Shown piece after piece: positions 51,495-64,000 of a stretch of 64,000 nucleotides of DNA. Source of the stretch: Xylographa opegraphella (taxonomy: Eukaryota). Where the stretch lies: NCBI GenBank assembly GCA_022813865.1, contig JALDZX010000048.1:1-64000 (forward strand). The letters run 5' to 3'. The notes under the pieces were generated by a model, which saw nothing but the letters and a program-made list of their open reading frames with translations, was not told where the DNA came from and searched no databases. The position numbers and the translations under genes were made by a program. Each line of letters starts with the position of its first letter. Position 1 is the stretch's first letter.

Positions 51495-53750
51495 CCTCTC
51501 CCTTGTTCGAGTCCGCCTATATCCTACTCATCGCTGGCACGCAGATCACAACCTTCCGCGTTGTTCGCAATTTAGGTTGCCTCAACCTTAGATACGATAA
51601 ATAATCGCATTGTATGGGGCCAATGGCTCACCACAAGACTGCAAGCATGTCATTGGAATGTGCTTTGAGGTAATCTCGCGCACATCATTATTGTGTGTCG
51701 GGAGCTATGTGCATTGAATTACTACCATTCTAGGCTTCTTCACCTCACGAATGTATCTTGTGATGTATGAGCTGACTTTATCACGACTAGGCCATATCAT
51801 TTCTTGATAGCCACAGCCGATCTTGAGAGTGCCGGAATGCCGTAACGTTTACTATGTTAATATCAGAGATGATTCTTTCCAACCTTTGAACATCTTGTTT
51901 GCTATAGTGTCGTATAGCTCTCCCTCTTGTTGACAACCAATTTCACACAACCCTCCAATATTAACAGCCAATATCAACAGCCAACATCAACAGGGTCATG
52001 GTTACACGAGAGCTTTGACTTGACATCAATAGCTAGCGGTCTTATTGGAAACACATTACACTATCATTACAACGACTTACTCCTGAGACCGCTACGTGGA
52101 GGCTTCAAAGGCCCTCGTAATGCTTCGAGTGAGGGTCTTTGAGCCTCGCCAGCCGATACGAACGCATTACCCAGCTCAACCATCCGCTAACTGTCCGCTG
52201 GAATTCACCACAAGGAGAAATATACAGGTACCTTTGATAAACGAGTGCTTCTAAGTCTTCAACAGAGGGGTACTCCTCAGTAGTACCATGCAAGCAAAGC
52301 CATATTTTCAATTCCAAGTCACTAGTGCCTCGAAGGAGCACGCTACAAAAAGGCATTTCACCCACAGCAATCTGATCATGTATTTGGAGTCCCATTGCCG
52401 TTGACAATATCATTTCGAAATGGCCTTGGTTCTTCCAAATCGACGTACCTCTCCTGCTTTATGTACACGAATAACACACATACCGCCGTCATGCTTCCTC
52501 GTGAGCCTGAAGTCGAGGTTGGAATGCTTGTCTCCTTCGTGACAGCGTTTCCAATCGCAGTACTATTCCTACTACTTCTGTAGTATTTCCTACGCCTTCA
52601 TGATATCCTTGTGCGTAGAACCGTTGCGGCTATCCGCGATCTATACTGCCGTTGCCCTTAACTTGTCCTCACCATGCTTTGTGAACAGAATTCAATCAGC
52701 GTAGTGTTGATCATCAATACCTCTCCTTTGAAACTGCATGTCTTGGCAGACGTCTAGCGGAGCCGTTTGCGCTTTTTCGCACCAACCTCTGAGATTCCAG
52801 CCCTGCAGCCCGTGGCATTCACTACTCTATCACAAACCAGGCCCATTGAAAGGGGGTTTTCACAGAATCGGGAAGTCTGTACATCCACGTTGGATCAACT
52901 ACATGCAGCCGAAGCGATGGATGTAGGACCATTAATTCTGTGTGTCGGGGAACCTGGGCAGGGATCGGAATGATGCTCAACGTTCGGAGGTAGAATAGTG
53001 GCATTATCTTTCAACTTCAGCGACCATCGCCTACACGCTGGACTCGTTTATTGTGACCACTGGCGTTACCATTGCTGATAATGCTGACATGCATGACCGG
53101 TGCTTTGCTCAAGAACCCGGGAGCTGTGGCGTTACCCGCTCGGTCGCCATGGGTTTAGAAGCATTTGTTCACATTTGTTCGTGAGTCCTGCCAGTGCAGC
53201 TTGGATACTTTTGTAGACCGCATATCGGACTTACATATTCGTGTGTGAGTGAACTGTTTTCTTACCTTCAATGTTGGAGTTTTGTGACGTCATACCTAAA
53301 ATACCCGCCGGAGATGATTAGGCGCTCGGTATTTCCTGACTGCACTACGGAGTACCAAGCTATACTTCAGCATTCTAAAAGCAACAAGCTGCTACCTTTA
53401 AGCCTGATAAATTTTATATAAGGTACAGGATATATATAGTATGAATACTTGCAGATGCCGTATTTGCAATGCCAGCGCGACATTTCCGCTGGCGGAGCTT
53501 CTACGTCATTATCTGCGGTCTCCACAATTGACATCATATCAAGAGATAGGTGACAGATCTCGCGTTGTCCATTGACCAATAGCGTAGGCGGCGCAATGGA
53601 GCGCTATCGCATCGAGAAGGTCGAGGACGGGATTGCAGCGGCTTTGCTATTATTAATTTTTACTCGATACTGTGCGTCGAGTTTACCTTCTCGCTCCTAA
53701 GTCCTGGGATAAGATACTCACATCTGCTCAGAGTCTCCCCGGCTCTAAAG

Positions 53751-55640
53751 ATGAATCATCATCCAGATCACATTCAAGATGAGCAGAGGTCTGTCACGAC
53801 TCTCAATGGCTCCCAGCTATCTGTGGAGGGACGAAAGATACCCCCAGAAGATATTTCGGCGCTCGAGAAGAACATCGAAAGCCCTCAATCTGGGCCGTCA
53901 AAAGTCGAGCATGCGGGCTCTGATAAATTGATGCTCTCGGAAGAGGAAGCACTCGCTCGGGCTCGAGACCATCCTCAAGACAAAGAGCCAATCTACCTTA
54001 CCTTTTCAAAGGATGACAACGAGAACCCGAGAAATTGGACCCACGGGAGGAAGTATTATATCACTATCCTTGTGAGCACGCTCAATGTTTTGACGTTGGT
54101 GACCCTCCCCAGTCTTTATAATCATGACTAAATAGTATACAGCTGTATATGTGCCGGCGGCATTTCTTCAGCATCGACCGACATTGCAGCGGAATTCAAT
54201 GCATCCGCTGAGGTTACCACTCTTGGACTGTCGATGTATATTCTGGGTTTTGCTTTGGGTCCAATGTTCTTCGCACCTCTCTCGGAGTACTTTGGGAGGA
54301 ATCCAATCTACGTCTGGGCCTGGCTTTTACTTGTCATTTTTCAAATACCCCTGGCTTTAGCGACCAATATCGAAACCATCATCATCTGCCGATTCATACA
54401 GGGCTTCTTCGGATCGGTACCTCTAACTAACACAGGCGGGACCGTCAGCGACTTGTGGGCGCGAAACGAGTGCGGGAATGCCATGGCTATATACGGATTG
54501 AGCAGTACAGCTGGCCCGCCTATCGCGTTGGTGATCAGTGGCTTTATTGTCCAGAACAAGGGATGGAGGTTGTTATTCTGGATCTTCATGGCTATTCTCG
54601 GAGGGTTTTGGATCATCATGGTGGTGAGTTTTATGACGCTGAACAATCATCATGCTTCGACGCCCGAAAGTGGCACTTCCGCCAGACCGAACCAGGATCT
54701 TGCATGTTCAAGCAGGTTACTGATTCACACAGTTTACCCTCCCGGAGACCCGCCACACCATCATCCTCGACAAGAAAACCAAGCGTGTTCGCAAAGCCAT
54801 GCAGAAGCAAGGTCTCCAAGCGGCCACCAACATCCGCGACGCAAACGCGGACGAAAAGAAAGGCCTGCACACCCTCGTCGCCATCACGCTCACCCGTCCG
54901 TTCCGCTTCCTCTTCACGGAGCCCATCACCTTCTGCGCCGCCATCTACAACGGCTTCATCTACGGCATCGTCTACCTCTTCAACGAAGCCTTCCCCCTAG
55001 TCTTCGGCCCCACCGGCCACGGCTTCTCCACCGGCGAATGGGGTCTCTCCTTCCTCGGCCTCGCCATCGGCCCCCTCGTCGCCGCCCTCTTCCACCCCCT
55101 GCAAGAAAGCTACTACCTCCGCCGCGCCGCCGCCCACGGCGGCAGAGGCAGCCCCGAAGCCCGCATGTGGATGTCCCTCGGTGGCGCCTTCCTCCTGCCC
55201 CTCTCGCTCTTTTGGTTCGGCTGGACGAGCTACGCTAGCGTGCCCTGGATCGTGCCCGTCGTCGCGTCCGCCTTCTTCGGCGCCGGCATCTACATCATCA
55301 TCCTCGCCATCCTCACCTACGTCGTCGACAGCTACCAGACCTACTCCGCCTCCGCGCTTGCGGGCGTCATCCTCGTGCGGAACCTGGTCGGCGCTGGCTT
55401 CCCGCTCTTCGGGCAACAGATGTACGAGCGCCTGGGCTATGAGTGGGCGAGCACCCTGTTGGCTTTCTTGGCTATTCTCTATATTCCCATTCCGTTCGTC
55501 TTCTTTTACAGGGGTGAGACGATTCGCTTGAGGAGTCCGTGGGCGAGGTATGTGTTTGGTTGCGAGTGGTGCGTTTTTGGGCCGGAGGCTGACGGTGTGG
55601 TAGGGAGCATTTCAACCAGGATGAGGATAAGCCGCATTGA
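53751..55640 (+). CDS. MFS drug:H+ antiporter (DHA1 family), 4 exons
   Basis: ENPRNWTHGRK, GPMFFAPLSEYFGRNP, TGGTVSDLW, LPETRHTIIL, TLTRPFRFLFTEPI, PEARMW, YVVDSYQTYSASALA. Confidence 0.93.
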
Positions 55641-55858
55641 GGGAAGGGCTGGTGGGAGGATGGGGTCGGGATCGGTGTATATTCCGTGTGTAAATCATAT
55701 TACAATGGATCCAGCGCGATGGGATATCATGTGTTGTTCAATGCGTATTCCGCGGTTTCGTGAACGATGCCTGCTCACGCTCTAATCGCTCGAGACCTCC
55801 CTTCCCAGGCCCACGACGACGCCATGCATTTCCCGCCCCGCCCACCCAAGTCCCCAGC

Positions 55859-56959
55859 TCACACCGCCTCCCCTCCCTCCAGCAGCCACCCTTTCTCACC
55901 CCAGTCATCCCCTTCCCCCTCCCCCTCCCCATTCCCATCCCCACCCCCCTCAACCGTCCACTCCCCCTCCCCAAACACCCCCCTAAACCACCCATCATAG
56001 CACGCCCACATCCCGCCAAACACCCTCCCAATCAACCACACCAACCACCCAGGACTCCTCCCCTCCTCCCCCCCATACACAGCCGCCAACCCCAACAACC
56101 AGCCCACGACCGGCAACCACATGGCCAGAAACACAAACCGCCCCAGCCGCTGCCCGTCCGCCGTCGGCACGTACGCCCGCAGCGCCGCCACGTGCGCCGC
56201 ATACTCGGTCGGCAGCGCGTGTTCCGCGACGCCCTGGCGGATGAGGCCAAGGTAGCGGGGCGAGGGCTGTGCGAGGGAGGGGCTGGGCCGTGGGAGGCCG
56301 CCGGTGGGGGTGGAGAGCGGGGGCGCGAAGAGGGTGTGGGCGGCGAATGGGGGTGGGAGGGAGGGGGGCGAGGGGATGTGCTGTGTGTGCCGCGCGAGTG
56401 CGTGGCATGGCACGAGGATGTCTTGGTAGCTGGCGCCGCCGCCTTCGGTCGCGATGATGTGCGCGTAGTCGGCCGGGGTGACTTCGTAGACGACGCCGAC
56501 GAGGCCGTGCGGCCAGGGGGGCTGAGGGGAGGGGCCCCGATGGTGGTGGTGGTGGTGGTGGTGGTGGTGGTGGTGGTGCCACGCGGTGGCGGGCAGAGGC
56601 TTATCCGGATCGCGGGGCGCTGTGTTGGCGAAGCAGGGCTCCGCGTATGGGATGCCGGGAAGGTCGAACGTTAGGGAGAGGGAGGGCACGACCACGTTCG
56701 TGGCTGCGAGGGGGCGGATACCGCGCCGGCCTTGGAACGTCTCCGCGCAGAGGTTGGAGCCGTACGCGAGGTAGAGGACTGTGGCGGGCTCTTGGGCGGG
56801 CGGAGCTGACGTGCGGGCTTGCTGTATGCGCGCGGGGGAGATGTCGGGGAAGGGGGCGCGCCGCGGCTTGGGGGCGTGGGGGAGGCGGGCGAGGGCGCGG
56901 AGGGTGCAGAGCGCGGCGAGGCAGTGGCTGTTTGGGTTGGGGGGTTGAGGGGGATTCAT
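55859..56959 (-). CDS. GliK-like gamma-glutamylcyclotransferase with a 13-His tract and hydrophobic C-terminus
   Basis: VLYLAYGSNL, LTFDLPGIPYAEPCFAN, LVGVVYEVTPADYAHIIATEGGGASY, AQPSPRYLGLI. Confidence 0.85.
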   Translation of the reverse strand: MNPPQPPNPNSHCLAALCTLRALARLPHAPKPRRAPFPDISPARIQQARTSAPPAQEPATVLYLAYGSNLCAETFQGRRGIRPLAATNVVVPSLSLTFDLPGIPYAEPCFANTAPRDPDKPLPATAWHHHHHHHHHHHHHRGPSPQPPWPHGLVGVVYEVTPADYAHIIATEGGGASYQDILVPCHALARHTQHIPSPPSLPPPFAAHTLFAPPLSTPTGGLPRPSPSLAQPSPRYLGLIRQGVAEHALPTEYAAHVAALRAYVPTADGQRLGRFVFLAMWLPVVGWLLGLAAVYGGEEGRSPGWLVWLIGRVFGGMWACYDGWFRGVFGEGEWTVEGGGDGNGEGEGEGDDWGEKGWLLEGGEAV

Positions 56960-57740
56960 CGTGGACCGCTGGCTGTGGGGGGATGGTAGCTGGGGAGCTG
57001 GGGATGAAGGGCTGTGTTCGATGATGGAAGGTTTCCAATTATTTTATCTAGACGCTAAACCCATGTTTTAGCGTCGGCCCCGTCGAGCTTCCGGGATCCG
57101 AGCGTGTGGATTCGTCAGCAAACTTCAACCTTCAAACTTCATTTCAGGACGCTTCCATCGTTTCACGCCCCCTCCCACCCCCCTCCATCATATACTACCT
57201 TATCATAAACCACCGCATCCAGCCAAACCCCATACACTCACCACTCCACAACTCCACCCTTCCCACCCTCATCCTCCCTACCACCATATCATACCTTCAA
57301 CATCCTCCCCTCCCCTCGCTTTCTATTCCTTAACCACCCCATCCATGCGATATCACTACCCCCTCCCGCACCACACCGCTTCCCCCCCCCACGCTACTCA
57401 GCCACCGCTGCAACCTCCACATCCCCCCTACTCTCCCCCATCTACCGCAACATCTGCCACCGATCCGGGTGAGTTTAGGAATGTGGAAGCCGTCATGCTG
57501 AAGAAGATGAAGATGGTGTCCCCCCATCTCGTTCACGGACCTACGGGCAGGAGGTAAATTCGAGCTGGGGGACTACGTATGGTTTCCTAGATCGGGATAT
57601 GTGTTCAGTACGTACCGTGCGCTGGAAAGCGGAACGAAGCGAAGTGGGTATACATTCTGGCTTCGACCGGTGCGATTGGTTTGAGAGGAAGACATTCATG
57701 ATGAGGAGGATTGATTAGCTGCTGCTTAGTGGACATAGTA

Positions 57741-57796
57741 GGTCGGTCGGTCGGTAGGTAGGTAGGTAGGTAGGTAAGGAGGTAGGTAGGTAGGTA
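57741..57796. repeat. Compound (GGTC)n/(GGTA)n microsatellite
   Basis: ggtcggtcggtcggtaggtaggtagg... read directly. Confidence 0.9.
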
Positions 57797-58388
57797 TCTC
57801 TGCAGCTAGGGAAATCAACACCTTATTGCCACCCAAGCATAAATGTAGTCAGCGGACGCCGCCGCTTTTTATTGAGCAGATACAGACATGCAAACACCAC
57901 CATCTCCCCTACTCAGCACCACCATCCCTGCCCTTGCATGTCCTTCCACCCCACGACATCGCCCTCATGTAGAACCTCCACTCCCACAACGTCCCCGCCT
58001 TCCTTGGCTCTCACCCCTGGTAAAATCCCAGCCCTCGCCCTCAGTCCCATGCAGTGCCGTAAGCAATACCCTCTACCAAGCTATCCATCTGCATGCCCAT
58101 CCGCTCCACCGCGCCCCTTAGTTCCACATTTGCCCAGAAAGCCAGCATGCCAAAAACGGCAACCCGTAGTCGGGAGCGGCAGTGCTCAGCCGACGGAACG
58201 GATCCCTGCAAGACCCGGAGCATCAAATAACTCCCTCAGCCCAAAAAGCTATGAAAGGTGCCTTACCGGCACGTGTTAGGCCTCCGCCTCGCACAGGATA
58301 GTCAATCAATGTCCAGAACGACCTTTGCTCCGTCCTGCGTCATCGTGGACGAAGTGGATGCCCGAGAGGACATGGTGGCTTTGAAAGA

Positions 58389-61300
58389 CTATGTAACGTT
58401 TGCGGTCGGGCCTCGAAAGCGGCCCGCTACAGTGAGCTTATTCCTGACAGACTTGAAATCGATCAATTCATGGCCGGTCGTTCCCAACAGCCTATTCAAC
58501 TTCGGGATCCCCATTTTTCTGATGTTATGCTGAACAATCTTGCACCTCTTGTCATATTCCCTAATAGCTCGCATTGCTTTGTGTTTCGCTTCGTTCTTCG
58601 TCACGATAAGCGTATGAGGTATACCTATTGCTGAGTTGGTCCACGATTTGTAGCGACCCCTGATTTGCTTTTCGAGATGCACGCGTTGCGGCTTGCTGTA
58701 TCTGAAGTATTCCGTTACTGTTTCAGCATTGAGCAGGAATCGGTCGAGATGATCGCACGGTAGACAGTGCTTGCAGCCGAGCGGTGCGTCGGGCGTCATG
58801 GTAGGCGAAGGAGGCTCTTGTCCCAGGTAACACTGAATGTAGTTGCTGATGACAGCGTGAAACACTTCACGATACTCGCTTGGCGGCTGGGCAAGACTAC
58901 TCCTGAACTTGCGGAGGAACGCTTGCAGGAAGGGAATCCACAGGGAACCAAACAACTCAACGGGAGAGTGTTGGCTACTGTCCATGACGTAAACCAGAAT
59001 ATCGTTGAACTCGCCCCGGAGACCTAGCGATGAGCATTGTTCTAGAAGCATGACAAGATCGCTTGACTTCGGATATCTAGGTACCAATAGCACTGTTGGC
59101 TCTCTAGCTTCCGAATTTGGCATGCTATTGTTGACTTTTTCGGCAAGTCCAATGGTTTTGGGGTCCGCAACCATTCTGCGATGAGATCACTCAAGATATC
59201 GCAGTGCAGATTTATGGCAACCTCTTTCGAGATCTCATTCTCGCTATACGACTTGAATACTGTTTCGAGGAAGTACTGTGGTGAATCAATATTTGCCATA
59301 TGTTTCTTGACGTATGGGAGGACTGCATGGAACAGGTATTGTTCACGTTGTGGATGTACTTGTGTAATCTGGAGAAAAATCTCCGCGTCCTGAATATCCA
59401 TGGGTAGCGCTACCTTGAGACTGGCTGTAAGCGTTGAAAACATCCAATCTACCAGTGATTTTGAATCCGAAGACGCTGACTCACTTGAAGATTCTAGGCT
59501 GTTCTCAAAACCTTCCAAGACAAGAGAAAGTGCGGACCAGATTTTCGTTACCCTCTGCGTTCTCTTCGCTGCCATGGCGATGCCTTTCTGCCAGTCAAGG
59601 GGCGCAGTTAGTCTAAAGGGCAGGGCCTCTCCAATCCTGCGGTACATGGAGGACGACATGGTGTATTTTGAGCCTTTAGCAACTATCAGAAAAAGTGATA
59701 GCTGATCCATCAATATTGCTGCAGTAATCACGTCCTTGTATATTGAGGGACGTTAGACTCTCCCATCCATCAGCTGCTTGCAAAACCTTTCGAGCCGAAT
59801 CTGGCATTCATGAAGAGAGGCACGCGAGACTGTTATTATCCTCTTGAGCTTGACGTCTTGCACTGGCTTTAGAAGCCCATTCAGGAATTCCCTCGCTTCG
59901 TCAGTGCTCTTTAAAGCGGACTCGAAAAGCATGTGATCTTCCGACTCCTTGGGCATGACCAAGAGAACACTCCTACGGTAATAACGCATTGTACTGGTGT
60001 CGAAGGTATCCTCTTTATCCGGCTCCGCCCCGTCGAATGGTTCGGCCTGCAGCATATTGTCCATTGCGAAGTCAACCTCTTTCGCAAATGCCGAACCGTC
60101 CCCAAGTGCGACGATTGTCAGCTCGAGAGTTCGGCCATCTTCCTCGATAATAGAGTGGTGTTCGTCATGATGATTATCGTACATACCATCGTTATCATCG
60201 TAATCATCGTATCCATAGCTATCTTCGATAGCACCCGGAATGGCTTGTTCGATGTTTGCAAGAAACAGCGAAAAGCCATTCGTATCGCACACTTGTTTCA
60301 GACAGTGAGCTTTTGCCCAATCTTGACCTTCTAAGTGGTCAAAGCGTAAATCAGCTTCATCATACTTGTTGGCTAGTTACGTATGCCAGAGGCCAATACA
60401 CGGGGTCTGCGTCGTAAGCAAGTTGCCAATCCTGCATTGCATCCGCGATTTGCTGCTTATCTAACCCTAGGTGAGCAGCACGTTGGCATCGTCCTGAAAC
60501 TTGTTGAACGAGATCATAAATCAAAACAAAGCGGTAGCCCGATGACACTTCCTGGACGGTATGCTCAACATCAGTATACCTGTACTTCGTCAGCGTCCCA
60601 CATCTTCCGAGTCTCGGAGCATACACACCATGCGACATAGGAGAAGTCGTGACTCGAGCTTGGAGCCGTATATGAGAGCAGCGTGTTTGAGTCAAAGTGG
60701 GTGGTTACAGCTCCGCCAGTATGTGCTGATGGAAGAGCAATCACTAACGTGCCAAGATTTCTTACATCTTGTGAAAAACTGGCGCACTGCTTAGCATATC
60801 TCTAGATAAGTTCAAGTCTGTACCTACTTCATGCGACCACCAGAGGAGGATCCTCTCCCGTAGAGTCGAAGTCTACAATGCTCTGCCCGCATTCTCGCCG
60901 CCCCAAACGCAATACCAAGACTGTCAGCAGCTTTCACCATGGCTGCGTTCAAGGTTAGTTCCCAAGCTGGATTCCGCATTTCGAAGCTTGACGAGCTTAG
61001 TTCCCAGATGTTACCCTGGTAGGTCTCAACGGAGTCTTTGAATGGTGCTCCCAATGGTAAACGAGAGCTTCGTCTGGCCAGGCGATAAGCATCATGCTCC
61101 GAAAGAGGCAAGCCGACACCTCCCAGGCCATCCACATATATGCCCGGATTAGCCGCTTTTGGAAGTAACCCGCTAGTAGCAGCAGCACCTGCAGGGTGAA
61201 TCGTAATGTTATCAATTGCATCCAACAAACGTTCCTTAATCTCTGCAAAAGAGAGGACATCCGGTTCCGAGGCTGAGACATCACTTGGGTCATCGTCAGA

Positions 61301-61549
61301 CTCTGCAATTGAATCCTCGGCGGGAGTGGAAGCATCGTTGGAGTCGTACTCATCGATGGTCGAATTCCGTCCGACATCCTCCAATGCGGAGTCGCTGTTT
61401 GCTTCTTCGTGCGAAGGCTTTAGCGAAACTCTCGCCCAAGCAGCACCTCCATCGCCGACCAGAGTCCCGTCGTGCGACCGCTTCTTCGAAGATCAGAAGG
61501 GCTCCGATGGGGGTTCGGGAGTCGCTTCGAGATCAACAATGACCACCAT
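58389..61549 (-). pseudogene. 2OG-Fe(II) oxygenase-domain gene copy B, multiply disrupted
   Basis: Collinear with copy A (VIVDLE...SKKRS, NPGIYVDGLG, GTLVIALPSAHTGG, YTDVEH, HTLIVTKNEA). Lesions: TGA at 61493-61495, +1 frameshift near 60378, TAA at 59753-59755, frameshift near 59100-59170; HxD motif lost. Confidence 0.85.
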
Positions 61550-62157
61550 TGTCACCAGTGGCCGTGGTTGTTGTAGCACGAAGAGATGCAGGTGACAAGA
61601 CACGTCCGATATTGAAAGATTGGCAGTAACCGCGCCAGGTTCACGCGACTGACGTCATACTCAACAAAAGATGCACCTCGCTAGTTGGACAACTCCTCAA
61701 CGTCCCCTCCAAACCCTCAACTCCCAATTTCCATTCTCGACGAGTCACGCCTCTCGCCTGCTACGGAAGCTACAATCAGCCCCCTTCCCACCACACGATT
61801 TGACACCCCTACCAGCAGTACGCACCTGCACGTCGACCCGAAGTGTCACCTCCACATTTCGAAGTACATATCTGCATTACTCGGGCGCGGATGCGGGTGG
61901 TGGGGCTACTGGAGATGAAGGAGGGGGCAGAGGGGGACGGCGTCGTGGCAGGGGTAGAGGAGATGGTAGGGGCGAAAGTGATGAGACTTGGTATTTGATA
62001 TCGAGTAGCAAGGAGAGATCAAAGCAGGAGGACAGCTAGCTTCAATATATAATTCGGCAATACTGTCTGTCCGTGACGCCTCGCTGGTACGCTGGGAAGC
62101 AGGATCCAGTCGGAAAGCACATTGCAGCATGGATTAGACACCCCGCGGGCGTGGAGC

Positions 62158-63536
62158 TCAGTGCATCTGGATCATCTCTGGAATATCCTCCATCGCCATC
62201 TCTCCTTGGATGATTTCTAAGTAGGATCATTAGCATTTTGCGCCAACATGCCGTGAAAGAACACCCGACTCACTATACACGGCCGTCATCAACGGAAACT
62301 CCGCTTCTTTCCCCCTCGACTTGAGGAACGTGTTCACCTCTCGCGCCGTCCCCAGCCCCTGCAAGACCTGCCCGTTCAGCACCTCCTCTGCGATCTCGTC
62401 TACGCTTCGGGGCTTCTTCTTGTCACCCTCCTCCTCCAGTTTCTTCTTCTCCTCTGCGGCCATCCGCGCGCATCGGAAGTTTCTGCCGCTGCTGCAGCTG
62501 GTGATCAAGTCTGCGACACCGGCCGACTCTTCCGTAAAGGTCTGAGTTCGGATGCCAGAATTGGGGAAGAATGCGTGGCCGAACTTGACCATCTCGAGGA
62601 GACCGACGCGCATGATGGCTGCTTTGGCATTGTCGCCCCAACCGAGACCAGAGACGAATCCGGCACCGAGGGCAACAACATTTTTCAGCGCACCGGAGAG
62701 GGAGACGGCTGTAACGTCGGAGACGACGTGAACGTGGAAATAGGGGCGATGGAAAAGGGTATGTAAAGTGGTATGATCGAGCGGAGGATAGTTGGGGGGC
62801 AGGGCTCGAAGTTTCATCTTCCCTCCTGAGGATGTCTTCTTCTCTGTCAATGCGGTCAAGGACGTCAGGTCGGTGTGGGAAGCATGTGGAGATGGTCCTC
62901 TGGGAGTTGCGGTGCGGGACGAATCCATTGGTGGGGGGTCATACGCAACCGTGGTTTCAGAGAACAGTCCCTTGGCTACTTCGGTTGCAATGTTTGCGCC
63001 GGATAGCGCGCCGCAGTAAATACCTAACCTAGCACCAATGGACTCCGAGAAGAGCGAAATATCCGAGGCAGTGACATTGACACCTTTGATGCATGAGACG
63101 CCACGGGCATAGGGAAGGATATGACCTTTGAGTTGATTGCAAAGGTTGTTGATGAACTGGTGAGGTAAGTTGAAGATCAAAACCGTGGAATCCTTAACAG
63201 CGTCTTGGGCGGATGGATTTGCGATGACATTATTGGGGAGCTTGATGTCCGGCAGGTACTTCACATTCTCATGGTAGGTTTTGATAATATCGGTGAGCTT
63301 GTGACTGCTCCCATTATACCTAACCTCCTCTTCAAACACCCACATCTGGACATCGCGTTCAAAAAGGTCGGGATGCTCGGCGGTGTTCTCGGCGACGAGC
63401 TTAGCAATAGTAGAACCCCTTTGGATACCACTATTAGTGGTTGTCATTGAGTCTGGTGATATTGAGACACGTACCAATTGCCTGAACCTAATACCGTGAC
63501 CTTGTGGCGCTTCTCGTAAGGTGCAAGCGTCGCCAT
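62158..63536 (-). CDS. GPD1: NAD+-dependent glycerol-3-phosphate dehydrogenase; exons 63536-63475, 63418-62274, 62216-62158 (upstream in-frame ATG at 63668)
   Basis: [76 protein letters not shown]. Confidence 0.97.
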
Positions 63537-64000
63537 CGGAGCGGAGTTCGGGGTAGCAGGAAATGGGAGAAAATATTTGGAGGATGGTAGGTGTATAGAG
63601 AGCTTCGTAGAGCGGCAGATTGGGACAACGGTAGGTCGTCCTGACAGTCGTACTTTTCTAGCAAGCATCAAAAACACTTAGGGAATACGTGAGGACTTGT
63701 ACGACTAATCTTATTTCCAGAGATTTGAAGACCTAATCTACGGGTCTATAAATTGCCCGGCTGGACAGAGACTTTATAGAGCAGTGAGCCATATGGATCA
63801 CTACTGCTTGGTGATTAAGGTACCTTAACGTCTCAACAGGCAAAGCTTGAGGTGTTTTGATTGAGCACATGCACACTTTCCTCGGTTGTTGAGCTGCAGC
63901 TAAATCAAAGCAGGGCACACGGCGATCCGGGCACTAGCGACTAGCGCACACGGACGTCGCTGTCATATCAGAGGCAATAATTGCCGAGGCGTTGACCACC

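Noticed and set aside
53751..56959. MFS + GliK as a gliotoxin/ETP biosynthetic cluster
   Set aside because: No NRPS, GST, P450, dipeptidase or C-S lyase in the window.
57345..57740. Small ORFs on either strand between GliK and 2OG copy B
   Set aside because: No consistent exon model or recognisable product.
50239..57817. Shared 14-mer AGCTAGGGAAATCA near GGTA repeats at about 50239 and 57804
   Set aside because: Several 14-mer matches are expected by chance in 64 kb; no extended homology or TSD/TIR structure.
23844..61495. Alternative genetic code explaining the in-frame stops
   Set aside because: The stops are of all three types, co-occur with frameshifts, and housekeeping genes terminate normally at TAA, TAG and TGA.

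Overview
Intron-rich genomic DNA of a filamentous ascomycete (Pezizomycotina; GT-AG introns with CTRAC branch sites, no prokaryotic features). The window opens with an intact 10-exon telomerase reverse transcriptase (TERT, about 1161 aa). It continues with a TBC/Rab-GAP-like gene, a tandem group of F-box-like genes, a MUP1-like amino-acid permease, two DHA1 MFS transporters, an RNI-like LRR gene, RPS28, HIS1, ArsH, a secreted degenerate metalloprotease-like protein, a bZIP factor, a DEN1/NEP1 deneddylase, a gene of about 1,860 aa with SYCP2/Red1-like architecture, a sugar porter, a GliK-like gamma-glutamylcyclotransferase and GPD1. The most notable points not visible in the ORF track are: (1) a candidate meiotic chromosome-axis core gene with CACAAA motifs upstream; (2) a hidden 3-exon secreted Cys-rich, CFEM-like protein; (3) two distant, inverted paralogues of a 2OG-Fe(II) oxygenase-domain gene at different stages of decay that still share a CRE+MCB-like promoter module; (4) two adjacent long genes each broken by a single in-frame stop; (5) in-frame mitochondrial-presequence-like extensions on GPD1 and ArsH; (6) a GC-AG intron. 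I could not identify a telomerase RNA, tRNA/rRNA, transposon, CRISPR array or secondary-metabolite cluster. All family calls come from motif recognition by eye; no database searches were run.
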